A stretch of 64,000 nt of DNA, from NCBI GenBank assembly GCA_964016885.1, contig OZ024762.1:28210001-28274000 (forward strand), in the 5' to 3' direction. The stretch is from Eledone cirrhosa (taxonomy: Eukaryota). The notes below the pieces were generated by a model. The model was not told the origin of the DNA. It did not search any database and worked only from the letters and a program-made list of their open reading frames with translations. The position numbers and the translations under genes were made by a program. The stretch's first letter is position 1. Each line of letters begins with the position of its first letter. Positions 12,801 to 26,299 of the stretch are shown piece after piece.

Positions 12801-14017
12801 TGGTCATTGCAAGAACTAAGTGAGATGGATGTTAGAACTCGCAAACTTCTCAGTGTTACTGGGAACTTTAACATCAATGGTGATGTGGATAGGCTATACT
12901 TCTCATACAAGGAAGGTGGCTGGGGTCTAAAATCCATATTAACAACATATGAGACCTGGATAGTAACATTGAAGCAACACCTTCAACAGAGGAAAAAGGT
13001 TGGCAACCATCTTGCCCAGGTTTATGAACATGAAAAAAAAAATATCATTAGAATAGCGACTGATCTGGAGGAGAGATACGGAATAAAGCCTGATATAAAT
13101 CTCTCACCCAGAGAAATTGGAAGATCCTATTCAATGTTCAAACAAGATGAAAAATTTGACCAATTTACAGAAAAAGTTGTGCATGGATACTTGAGACGTA
13201 AAACACAGACCATAGAGGAGATAAACCACTCAAAAAGCCTGGCATGGAGTTCCGACAAGTTTATGACATCACACCTTGAGGGATATCTCTATGCAATACA
13301 GGAACAAGAACTCCCTACCAAATATCTGCTGCACAAAAGGGGAGGGCCAGCAGCTGACAATAAATGTAGGCTATGTAAAACAAAGATCGAAGATGTAAGC
13401 CACATTGTTGCCAGCTGCGAAAGAATGTCATCTCGCTACTACCTCCCCATGAGACACGATGGGATAGCTAGAACCACCTGGAACGCACTTCGGAAAACAA
13501 AATTAACAACAAACGAGGAAGAATATATTGAGACAGATAGCACTAAGGAATACTGGTAGAATCTGAAAATAAAAACTGCCACCAAATTAAAACACAACCG
13601 GCCTGATATTGTTGTTTGGGACCACATATTGAAAGCGTGTTCTGTTGTGGAGATCAGCTGCCCACTTGATGCAAACGTTGTCAGAAAAATACAGGAGGAG
13701 GAGGACATCTACGGACCATTGATGAGGAGTTTACAAATCCAGTATCCAAGATATACCTTTAGCTTCATACCCATCATTATTGGAGCTACGGGTTATATAC
13801 CAACCCGCTTGGACCAAAGTATGACTGAACTTGGATTTGCGGACAAAAAGCGCAGCTCCCTAATTCATAGTCTACAAATGGCTGCGATAGCTGGCACCTT
13901 CAAAATTTGAAAAACATTCTTGCGATTCAAGGGATGACAATTTCTTTTCTTTTACAACCTTGCCACCAGGAAGGTGGCCGGTCAAAAAAAATATACTCGA
14001 AATTAAGAGAAAGAGAT
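9863..14017 (+). mobile_element. Near full-length R4/Dong-clade non-LTR retrotransposon (RT + CCHC + restriction-like endonuclease), inactivated
   Basis: ORF pieces 10473-13936 with SPGPD, NYRPIAC, GIFQGDSLS, HLFFVDD, CRLC..E..H...C, RHD and HNRPD..VVEISCP. Frameshifts near 11570 and 12130, stops near 13557 and 13908. TA-rich microsatellite on both flanks. Confidence 0.88.
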
Positions 14018-14104
14018 ATATGTGTATATATATATATATGTATGTAAAAAGGTAATCATCGTTTAACGTCTATCTTCCACACTAGCATGGGTTTAGACAG
14101 GCAT

Positions 14105-14997
14105 AAACAGAAATAGCAACACAATCGGTACATTATATGGAAGGTAAATATTAGGTTAACGCTTGCTATAGCAGGAAGAGGGTCTTAACGTTTTGGACGC
14201 TAGTCCTTCATCAGAAGAATGAGAAATAAAATAGATTGAGGGGACGGGCAGGGTGGAATTGGAAAAATGTCTTTAGATAAAAATAACAGGTCCCTTCATG
14301 TTGACATCTCTTGCAAAACTGTTGGTGCTGGCGTTTTGTGTATGATTTGTTTTTTAGAAAAGTGGATGATGGCGCGCGTCTACCTGAAATGGAAAAAAAA
14401 AAAACGTTTCGTAAAAAGAGCTATACTTGAGCACGTGCGTGAGTGAGTGAGTGAGTGAGTGTGTGTGTGTGTGTGTGTTATTATAGGTCCGTATGAAGCT
14501 AAGAAGAGATAAGTGTGTATATGTGAGTAAAAGTGTGTGTGTGTGTACATGTAAGTACGAAGCTATGAGCAAAGAGAAAGCGATAGGAATCTAGGGGTAT
14601 ATCTAGGTGATAATGGACGGGGTATTAGAGAAATTGGGGAGTTGAGTTGTGTCCAAGCGGGGAATAGGACCCAAGACAGTGAATCAGACTTTGTTCAGTC
14701 CTGGTGCGCCATGTGATCCATGATGTAAAAGGACACGCAGGACTGAAACATGTAGGGAAGAATGACCAGGAGATCAGAAATGATGGGCGACAGGAGTATC
14801 CAAACCGAGTCGTATGTCCCTCAAATGTTCGGCAAGCCGGTCCGCCATACGGCGTCCCGTTTGTCTGATATATAAAGACCTGCAAAGGGAACACCGGAGG
14901 GCATAGACAACGTGGGTGGATGTGCAGGTGAAAGAATGGTGGATACAGAAAGACCTGTTAGAGCCTGTAAGAGTGGTGAGGGTGGAAATAAAGGGAC
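14105..14997 (-). mobile_element. Penelope-like element 3' fragment (GIY-YIG remnant and pLTR)
   Basis: FTCTSTHVVYALRCSLC..LYIRQTGR...RLAEHLRDI...PVAHHF and RTEQSLIHCLGSYSPLGHN, with a hammerhead-like motif downstream. Confidence 0.85.
14183..14218 (-). ncRNA. Degenerate minimal type I hammerhead ribozyme
   Basis: Minus strand TCTT CTGATGA A GGAC TAGC GTCC AAAAC GTT AAGA. Stems I and II pair, but core G12 is A. Confidence 0.7.
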
Positions 14998-16447
14998 ACA
15001 TATATATACACACATACATATACACATATATATACACACACACACAAATATATATATGCATCATCATCATCGTTTTACGTCCATTCTTCCATGCTAGCAT
15101 GGGTTAGACAGGTTGTCCTGTTGTGGGCAATGCCAGGTCAGGTGACCATGTCTTGCTCATACAAAACTGATTTTGGCTTGATTTCTACAGCTGAATACCC
15201 TTAACATCAACCTCATTTACAGTGCTGGATGCTTTTTACTGTGGCACGTACACAACCACATTAGTGTGGACTGGGTGCTTTTTTGTCATAACACCTACAT
15301 GACCTCTTTACAGTGGGAGGGGTGGGGCATACTGTCTATATACTTCAGCTTTGGCTTGTACCTGTGGGATGTTGGGATATATATATGTGTGTGTATAATA
15401 ATAATAATAAAAAGGACGATTTGTTATGTCTTTATTATGTTTATTGATTAGTGACGTGCGTTTCGCTATTGATTAGCCAAGGTTCGGTCTATATCGATCT
15501 AACCCGACTCTGGAATCAAAAGCACGTCAGACTTCTGGTGTGGTAATGACAGAATGAACCTCTTAGGGCTTAGAAATAGTATATAACGATTCACATTCAT
15601 TTATGGTGGTCAATTTAGGCTTGTTTTGATTGGTGAACCTACAGTAACTGGACGTTACAATCCCTAGATATGTGTATGTGTGTATATATATATATATATA
15701 TACGTGTGTTAGGTAATTCCAAAGAAAAAACAAAGGAAAAAAGAGTGCTCTATGTATAGACCAGAGCTATTTAATTATATATGTATATATCATCATCATC
15801 TCTCCACTCGTTATGGTCCTTCATCATCTCCCCTATGAGCTTCATATAACTTTTTCTCTTGTCCTCCTTTCTCTTTCTCTCCCTTCTCCTGTTTTTCTGT
15901 CTATATTATCACTCATATGTGTGTGTGTGAGTGTATAATTGCCATAGTATACATTTATATACAAATTTGAGCAACTTCCTATCCGTCACACAGTGTGTGT
16001 GTGTGTGTGTGTGTGTTTGAGTGGACGTATGTGTGTATAAAAGGTAGGAAAGGGGATGGTGGAAAAACAATGGCTGGTGTTCCATTTGCTATGCTGTGTG
16101 TGAGTGCGTGTATTTGTGTAAATGTATGTGTGAATGTTTGTGTGAATGTATGTGTTTGTGTGAATATATTTGTGTGAATATATGTCTGTGAGTGTATTTT
16201 TAAGTGTTTGTGCATTTATATTTATATACTCATACATATAAATATATGCACATACACACATGCACACACATATACACATGCACACACATACACACATATA
16301 CACATATGTGTCAGTGTGTTGAAAAAATTCTAGTGTATATATATGTATATAAATGTATAAACCCATGCTAGCGTGGAAGATAGACATTAAACGATGATGA
16401 TGATATCTATAAATATATTCTGTTCTGTTTGTACCTCTCTTCGCCAG

Positions 16448-16552
16448 CTTCTGAAGTTGTTGAACAGCAATACAGAGAACCCATACCTTATATGGAATAA
16501 TTCCACACGGACACAACTCACGGAGTATTTAGCTGATCAACAAATGAAGAAG
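16448..16552 (+). CDS. DNAJC13: DNAJC13 exon 4 ([35 protein letters not shown])
   Basis: ttcgccag acceptor, AAG|gtaatt donor, 105 nt. IWN repeat typical of RME-8. Confidence 0.95.
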
Positions 16553-16557
16553 GTAAT

Positions 16558-16590
<33 letters not shown>

Positions 16591-17491
16591 AAACATATAA
16601 TTATGTATATATATATATATTATATGTGTGTGTTTGTGTGTATATATATGTAATTTGTGTGTGTGTATATATATATATATAATCATTTTAATGTCTGCTT
16701 TCCCTGCTAGAAAGTATATATATATATATATATATATCCTGTGTGTGTGTGTTAAGTATTTCTGTAAAAAAAAGTAAAGGAAAAAAGTGCTCTATGTATT
16801 GTACAGAGCTGTTTAATTACATAATAAACAACACAATATAATTATTTCATTACCGAAGGTTTCAAGAAATTAGACGATTCTTGCAAGAAACCTTCGGTAA
16901 TGAAATAATTATATTGTGTCGTTTATTATGTAAATATATATATATATATATATAGAAATATAATAAATAAATAAATAAATAAATAAATAAGAGTCGGGTT
17001 TTTTTCGTACATCCTTGTTTTATTATCCAATTCCGTTATATGTATTTCAACGATGTAATGGTGGTTATATGATAACCCCCAGCATGTTTCCTTCAGATGG
17101 AGTAAGATGTATTCCATTGAGATGTATTCCATGTTACTGGTTTAACTTTTTAGCATTTAAACCATCCATATGTAAAGTGGATGTGTAAAAGATACAGCAA
17201 AAAGTACCCAGCCCACACTATAAATGTGGTTGGCGTTAGGAAGAGCATCCATCTATAGAAAACCAGCCAGAAACACCCCTATTTGAGCGAGACACGGTCG
17301 CCCAACATAACTTGCCTTAAAATAGGACCCATCTAACCCATACTAGCGTGGAAGATGGACATTAACCGGTGATGCTGATGATGATATCCGGCCAGAAATC
17401 TCTTTTTGTTCAGACTGGATATAACTGGCCACTCATATGGATGTTAAGGTATTGTTCTCAAAATAAATATTAAAATCTCATAGATTTAATA

Positions 17492-17675
17492 TAATTGTTT
17501 CTACTTTTGGCACAAGGCCAGCAATTATCCCATTGTATTACTAGTACTTTATTTTATCGACCCCATAAGGATGAAAGGCAAAGTTAACCTCGGTGGGATT
17601 TGAACTCAGACCATCAAGGGCCGTAACTCTTTGCTGCAAAGCATGGCGTCCAACCCTCTACCGATACTGCCAATA
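17492..17675 (-). mobile_element. tRNA SINE family 2. Other copies near 23712-24085 (+), 24345-24490 (-), 37425-37536 (-), 45064-45255 (-), 51555-51746 (+)
   Basis: B box gagttcaaatcc, conserved gcctttcatccttacggggtcgataaaataaagtaccagt body, ggccttgtgccaaaagtagaaacaatta tail. Confidence 0.85.
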
Positions 17676-18391
17676 ATGTGAGATAATTATGTAAGATAAA
17701 GCCTTTACTAGAAAAATACAATAGTATATATAGAGTAATGTAAATGTTAAAGGGTTAACGTGGTGTTAAACCAGTAGTTCTGAGAACAATGCAGCTTTGC
17801 AGATGATCAATGCAAATTGACAATGAAAAGGTGCTCCCGCTCGAGTTAGAAGAGAACTATTGACCTTCAAGGAGAAGCAGCGACCCCTGATTGTATTCAG
17901 CAACCAAAACAACTATGAAGTACACCAAATCCAATCCTCCTAGGGGTGGCCCTGGTTCTTCTTATTTGCGAGTGTAAACTCGACCATATTAGGATTAGAT
18001 TAGATTAAACCAGTAATATATCAATAGATACGAAAATACACCTCACACCATCTAATGAAAACATGCTGGGCGTGATTATATAATAATCTTTGCATCTTTG
18101 AAATATGTATAATGGAATTGGATAATAAAACGAAGGTGTACAAATTAAACCATCTCTCTTCTTTATTATACTAAAACTCCGGTTGATACTTTAGAGAGAA
18201 AATCCTAAAGAATACAAACCATTGAGTGCTTTGTCTGTTTACGAAAATGTCAGCAGATTATTTGATCGACCAACTTTCATCATCTAATCTATATATATAT
18301 ATATTGTCATCATCTATATATATATATTAGCTCTGTAGCCTACATAGAGCACTCTCCTTTCCTATGGAAACACTTAATATATACATATATA

Positions 18392-19205
18392 TATTATATT
18401 ATATTTTGAGAATAAACTCTCAGTCATTTACAATAATTAAGCTCCAGGAAGGGTCTCTTCCGAGCAGTTAATACATTTAAAGTGTACGATAAACACGAAA
18501 TGTGTTTACATTGCAACAGACAAAGTTAGCTATTAATGAAATAAACTAATAAAAGTGAATACAATTTGTCTGTCTCGATATAAGTCAATAAAGACAATAT
18601 TATATTGGCAACAGCCATGATTCCTGGACATATTTAAATTTCAAAATTCAAACCTGTTCTGTAGACGAATTTGAACCTCGAAACCCAAATAAGTTTCGCA
18701 ACGGTGGAATGTGAATTGAAAAATAAAGAGAATCGAAATGGGATAGAAATAAAAGAGTGAAATACCCAAATCTTCTGTGCTTATCAACAGGAATCCAGTA
18801 AGATTAGTTTATCACACATCAAAAATTTTGCAGGACTGACTACACGTGGGTAGGCAGGCCAGAACTAGCTATCCCACATTCACAGTGCTAGAAATAACAG
18901 CCGCTTATGCAGGAATAAGGATCAGCTCATACAATAAAGGAGCAATACATTATATTATATTTTGAGAATAAACTCTGTCATTTACAATAATTAAGCTCCA
19001 GGAAGGGTCTCTTCCGAGCAGTTAATACATTTAAAGGTTTGAATTTTGAAATTTAAATATGTCCAGGAATCATGGCTGTTGCCAATATAATATTGTCTTT
19101 ATTGACTTATATCGAGACAGACAAATTGTATTCACTTTTATTAGTTTATTTCATTAATAGCTAACTTTGTCTGTTGCAATGTAAACACATTTCGTGTTTA
19201 TCGTA
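18392..19205. mobile_element. Non-coding insertion with direct and inverted terminal duplications, PLE-like architecture
   Basis: 18392-18482 is repeated directly at 18951-19036, and 18485-18654 is repeated inverted at 19035-19205. (TA)n on both flanks. Confidence 0.6.
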
Positions 19206-19289
19206 TATATATATATATATATATGTATGTCATCATCCTCCTCACTGTTGCCATCATTGCCAACATCTTTGTTGATTTCATCATCACAA

Positions 19290-20650
19290 GTCATCACCAC
19301 CACCACAACCATAATCACAGCCATCGTCATCACCACCACCACCACCACCACCACCATAACCACCCACCACCATAACCACCACCACCACCACCATAACCAC
19401 CACCACCACCATAACCACCACCACCACCATAACCACCCACCACCATAACCACCCACCACCATAACCATCACCACCACCATCACTACCACCACCATCACTA
19501 CCACCACTACCACCACCACCATAACCACCACCACCATAACCACCACCACCATAACCACCACCACCATAACCACCACCATAACCACCACCACCATAACCAC
19601 CATAACCACCATCACCACCATAACCACCACCACCATAACCACCACCACCACCATAACCACCACCACCACCATAACCACCACCACCACCACCATCACCACC
19701 ATAACCACCACCACCATAACCACCACCACCATAACCACCACCACCACCATAACCACCACCACCACCATAACCACCACCACCACCACCACCATAACCACCA
19801 TCACCGCCACCATCACTACCACCACCATCACTACCACCACCACCACCATCACTACCACCACCATCACTACCACCACCATCACTACCACCACCATCACCAT
19901 CACTACCACCACCATCACTACCACCACCACCACCATCACCACCACCATCACTACCACTACCACCACCATCACCACCATCACCACCATCACCACCATCACC
20001 ACCATCACCACCACCATCACCACCACCACCACCACCACCATAACCACCACCACCATAACCACCACCACCACCGCCATCACTACCACCACCATCACCACCA
20101 CCATCACTACCACCACCATCACTACCACCACCATTACCATAACCACCACCACCACCACCATAACCACCACCACCACCATCACCACCACCACCACCATCAC
20201 TACCACTACCACCACCATCACCACCATAACCACCACCACCACCACCACCACCACCACCACCACCACCACCACCATCACCACCATAACCACCACCACCATA
20301 ACCACCACCACCACCATCACCATAACCACCACCACCATCACCATAACCACCACCACCATCACTACCACCACCACCACCATCACCATAACCACCACCACCA
20401 TCACTACCACCACCACCACCATCACCATAACCACCACCACCATCACTACCACCACCACCACCATCACCATAACCACCACCACCATCACTACCACCACCAC
20501 CATCACCATCACTACCACCACCATCACTACCACCACTACCATCACCATCACTACCACCACCATCACTACCACCACCATCACTACCACCACCATCACCACC
20601 ACCACCACTACCACCACCATCACCATCACCACCACCATCATCATCACTAT
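19290..20650. repeat. (CCA/CAT/TAA)n compound triplet microsatellite
   Basis: About 1.35 kb of accaccaccataacc variants. Confidence 0.97.
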
Positions 20651-20819
20651 ACAGTCTCCACCCCTCCCCCATCCACTCACACCACTGCTCCTATTTACAG
20701 ACCACCTATCTAAACACTTTACTTTTTCCTCCCCTTTGTTGTTATCCCACTGGAACCCCCCCCTCCTCTTGTTGCATGTCTCCCACCAACTCCTACCATA
20801 ACACCTCACACCCACAGCC

Positions 20820-22830
20820 CCTACTACTACTACTACCTCTACTACTACTATCACAGGCACCACCACTATTACTACTACTAACTCCACCATCACTATTATT
20901 ACTACTACTACTACCACTACTACTACTACCTCCACCACCACTACTACTACTACCAACACTACTACTACTACTATCACAGGCACCACCACTACTACTATTA
21001 CCTCTACCTCCACCACTGCTACTACTAACACTACTACTACCTCCACCACTTCTACTACCAACACTACTGTTACTACTATCACAGGCACCACCTACTACTA
21101 TTACCTCCACCATTACTACTATCATAACCACTACTACTACCACCACCACCACCACTATCACCACCTCTACATCCTCTACGACTATTACTACTACCACCAC
21201 TAACATACCACTGCTACCACCACTAACGCCATTACTAGTATTACCACCACTATTATTACTACCAATACCACCACCACCACTACCACTACTATTACCACTA
21301 ATACCACTACTATTACCACTATGATTACTACCACTATTACTACCACTATTACCACTATTACTACCACTATTACCACCACTATTACCACTATTACTACCAC
21401 TATTACCACTATTACTACCACTATTACTACCACTATTACCACTATTACTACCACTATTACCACCACTATTACTACCACTATTACCACTATTACCACCACT
21501 ATTACTACCACTATTACCACCACTATTACTACCACTATTACCACTATTACTACCACTATTACCACCACTATTACTACCACTATTACCACCACTATTACTA
21601 CCACTATTACCACTATTACTACCACTATTACCACTATTACTACCACTATTACTACCACTATTACCACTATTACCACCACTATTACTACCACTATTACCAC
21701 TATTACCACCACTATTACTACCACTATTACCACCACTATTACTACCACTATTACCACTATTACCACTATTACTACCACTATTACCACCACTATTACTACC
21801 ACTATTACCACCACTATTACTACCACTATTACCACTATTACTACCACTATTACCACTATTACCACCACTATTACTACCACTATTACCACTATTACCACCA
21901 CTATTACTACCACTATTACCACCACTATTACTACCACTATTACCACTATTACTACCACTATTACCACCACTATTACTACCACTATTACCACCACTATTAC
22001 TACCACTATTACCACTATTACTACCACTATTACTACCACTATTACCACTATTACTACCACTATTACCACCACTATTACTACCACTATTACCACTATTACC
22101 ACCACTATTACTACCACTATTACCACTATTACCACCACTATTACTACCACTATTACCACCACTATTACTACCACTATTACCACTATTACTACCACTATTA
22201 CCACCACTATTACTACCACTATTACCACCACTATTACTACCACTATTACCACTATTACTACCACTATTACCACTATTACCACCACTATTACTACCACTAT
22301 TACCACTATTACCACCACTATTACTACCACTATTACCACCACTATTACTACCACTATTACCACTATTACTACCACTATTACCACCACTATTACTACCACT
22401 ATTACCACCACTATTACTACCACTATTACCACTATTACTACCACTATTACCACTATTACTACCACTATTACCACCACTATTACTACCACTATTACCACTA
22501 TTACTACCACTATTACCACTATTACTACCACTATTACCACCACTATTACTACCACTATTACCACCACTATTACTACCACTATTACCACTATTACTACCAC
22601 TATTACCACTATTACTACCACTATTACCACCACTATTACTACCACTATTACCACCACTATTACTACCACTATTACCACCACTATTACCACTATTACTACC
22701 ACTATTACCACCACTATTACTACCACTATTACCACCACTATTACTACCACTATTACCACTATTACCACTATTACCACTACTACCACTACTGCTACCACCA
22801 CTACTACTACTACTACTACTATTACTAGTA
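20820..22830. repeat. (ACT/ACC/ATT)n triplet-based array, core unit actattaccacc/actattactacc
   Basis: About 2 kb, nearly pure from 21325 to 22780. Confidence 0.97.
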
Positions 22831-23264
22831 CAGAAGTTTCTAAGTTTGTTGAATATAACACTAAACAGTTTTGGCAATTTTTGCAGAAATGGTTTCTCGA
22901 TGCACCTTGTACGAACAACAGCTTTCTGCAGATTGGTGAGATGGTGCGTAATGGTGCAATGATGCTGCACACTGAAGTGTGCAGCATCAGTTTTTAAAAA
23001 AAAAAATCCACCAAAAAAAATGCACCACCTACGTTGTCTTTTTTTAATTTTGTTGTCATCTTTCTAATCTTTTGACTTTACTCATCCTAACAATAGCTAA
23101 AACAATAGTTTAATTTCTCACTAATGAGTCTTATGATTTTGTCTTGGTTAATTAATTTTTTAATTATTTTTTTTTTGCATTTTTCTGGTTATGAGCTTTT
23201 CATGTATATTTCAATTATTTCTGGGTTTTTTTTGGTTTTTTTTTTACTAATTATTCATCATCAT

Positions 23265-23690
23265 CATCTTCTTATGTCCACTTTCTGAGCTAGCATGGGT
23301 TAGACAGGTTGTCCCATTTGAGGCAAGTTGGGTCAGGTGACTGTGCCTTGCTCATATAAAACTCTTTCTGGCTAGATTTCTACAGCTGGATGCCCTTCCT
23401 AACACCAACTGCATTTACAGTGTGGGCTGAGTGCTTTTTGTCATGACATCTACACGGCCACTTTACACTGTGGACTAGGTGCTTTTTATCATGACTCCTA
23501 CATGACCATTTTACAGTGTGGCTGGCTGCTTTTTGTCGCGACTCCTACGTGATCACTTTACAGTGTGGACTGGGTGCTTTTTGTCGTGACTCCTACACGA
23601 CCACTTCAGTGTAGGCTGGGTGCTTTTTGTCATGACTCCTGCATGACCACTTTCTAGTGTGGGCTGGGTGCTTTTTGTTGTGACATTATT
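23265..23690 (-). repeat. RTE 3' UTR fragment with a ~42-bp sub-unit tandemly amplified
   Basis: (CAT)n tail followed by repeated ttacagtgtgggctgggtgctttttgtcatgactcctacacgaccac. Similar array at 52490-52875. Confidence 0.78.
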
Positions 23691-25787
23691 ATTATTAATA
23701 TTGTTATTGTTACGTTCTGAGTTCAAATTCCGTCAAGGTTAACTTTGCCTTTCATCCTTACGAGGTCGATAAAGTAAAGTACCAGTAATGCACTGGGATT
23801 GGTTCAGTCAACTTCCACCTCCCTTAAAATTGTTGGCCTTGTGTTTAAATCAGAAGCAATTATTATTAATGTGGATTGACAGTATCGGTAGAGCGCCAGA
23901 TAACATGCTTCATGGCACAGTTTTGGCCCTTTATGTTCTGAGTTCAAATCCCGCTAAGGTTAGCTTTGCCTTTCATCCTTACAGGGGTCAATAAAATAAA
24001 GTACCAGTAATGCACTGGAGTCAATTTAATTGGTTTTCCTCTCTCCAAAAATTGTTAGCTTTGTGCCTAAACCATTATTATTATTAATTAAAAAATGTTC
24101 AAGTAATGTCCCAAGCATGAATGGTCTACCCCTGGGTCTCTTTCCAGTTGGTTTTGCCCTTCTTAGGGAGGCATATGTGCACCGTAGGTGCGCCATATTA
24201 ACATACGGCATTTCTAAGGCATTTTGGAACCTGGCAGAACCCATCTCCTCTCCACATCTGAATACAGCAGATTTCTTCCAGAGTGTGGAATGATAGTGTG
24301 TGAAAGAATGGAAATGAGAGAGTATACAGGAAGAATTTACTCCAGTATTTGACTGGTACTTTGTTTTATTGACCTAGAATGGATGAAAGGCAAAGTTGGC
24401 CTTGACGGGATTTGAACTCAGAGAGCTGGAGCAAATACCACAAGGCATTCTATCTGATATTCTAACAACTCTACCAATTTGCTGCCTTATGTCCCAAGCA
24501 TCAGCTTACTAACGAAAAGCTATCTAATTAAATTCATCGTAATATTTGTTTATTTTCAAAATAAATTGAAACACATTAGCAAGAACAAAATGTATAAAAT
24601 CTAAACTATAATAAAGTAAGGAGTGCGGAACTGTGTACGGTTTATAATTTTTTATCCCATTAGTAAAATAAGTTGGATTACTTTGAATAAATAATCCAAT
24701 TATATAATATTCATTCATTACTTTGAATAAATAATGAATGAATATTACATAATTTATCTACTAAATTTCGTTATTCTTGATTAAATATAAATAATTTTGT
24801 TGATTATTTTAAGATTCACTTCTTGAAAATTTTCAAATGTCAACACTTCCAGTTAGTGATCGCTTACATAAACATTCATATATTTCCGTCACTAATTTTC
24901 TCCTAATGCAGTTTATATATAATATCGTCTTTTTTTAATGTATCATGGATTACGCTACTGATTACATAAGACAGTGTAACACAGTCATTGTTCAATTTCT
25001 GTGTATATTGTCAATTATGATTTCATTTGATGTATCATATCTACATGTATATATACTTGCGTATAATATCAATATACACACAGGCTAGCAGAAAAACCAC
25101 CCAAAAGGTGGTTTTTCTGCTAGTTATGATAATGGAGTAGTGAATTAGAGATGACAGGTCCGATACTATGCACATGTGATTAGAATGTCTCAGGAAAGAA
25201 TCACTGGACAGATTTTACGAGCAAAAGCCAACCGACAGGAGACCCAGTGGTAGACCCTGAATAAAATGGTTGGATAACATCCATGAGCTTGGCTAGTCAT
25301 GCTTGTGGATCCAGGCTGATCAGTTGGAGATGGTTGCTTCGTCTGACAGGACCCACTGGAAGGAGTGTTTGGGTACTCTGACCACATCACCCTCTCAGGA
25401 ATAAGTGAGCAAAGAAGGGTAGTGAATGTGTATAATATTGTTTTTGCTGACAAGACATGTCACAATCTGTATTTTGTTGCTAGTTAGAAATAAAAGGAGA
25501 AATTTCAAATGGCTGCTTCGTTCTTATATTCATGGATAACCAACAAAGGATATCCATAGGACCAAAGTCACCAGAGGTCTCCGTATTTGAGTTAATTCCC
25601 TCAAGAAGATTCTTTATAAGGAAAGGCCTAGGGGTGGTCTCAGAGGATCTCTGGTAACATTAGAGGGGGTTTAACCTGTCTATAATTTTGTTTGTTGGAT
25701 AATTTCATCTCGCAAGCTATTAACATCTCTCTACTGGTATATAACATTTGTTAATGAGTCAGAACTGATACTCACATGCATGATTTG

Positions 25788-25858
<71 letters not shown>

Positions 25859-26299
25859 ATTTGAACGCACATTTGAACACACTCATACATGAACACACAT
25901 TTGCACACACACACATACATGCACACACACACACACACTCGTGGAACATATACACACACACTCGTGGAACATATACACACACACTCATGAACACATACAC
26001 ATGAACACTTATACACTTGAAGACATGATCACATACATACACACACATACACACACACACTCTCTCTTTCTCTCTCTCTGCCAGTCTTTCTGTCTGTCAT
26101 CCTGTCTTTGTCTGTCTCTGTCTGCTTGTCTGTCTGTCTCTATGCCTGCCTGTCTGCCTGCCTTCTTGCATCTGTCTACTTGCCTGTCTGTCACTTTATC
26201 TGTCTCTCTGTCTCTTTGTCTGTCTACATGTGTTTTGCAGTCTCTCTCTTCCTCACTTTCTCCTCTCTCTCTCAGCTCATCTGCTAGTTTGTATTGCAT

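Noticed and set aside
13555-13936. Stop-codon recoding in the R4 element (TAG at a Trp-like site, TGA at a Cys-like site)
   Set aside because: The element also has frameshifts, so ordinary decay explains the stops.
19154-22997. Long poly-V, Gly-rich, GNS and poly-T ORFs (460-725 aa)
   Set aside because: Stop-free translations of triplet microsatellites inside an intron, open in several frames, with no gene structure.
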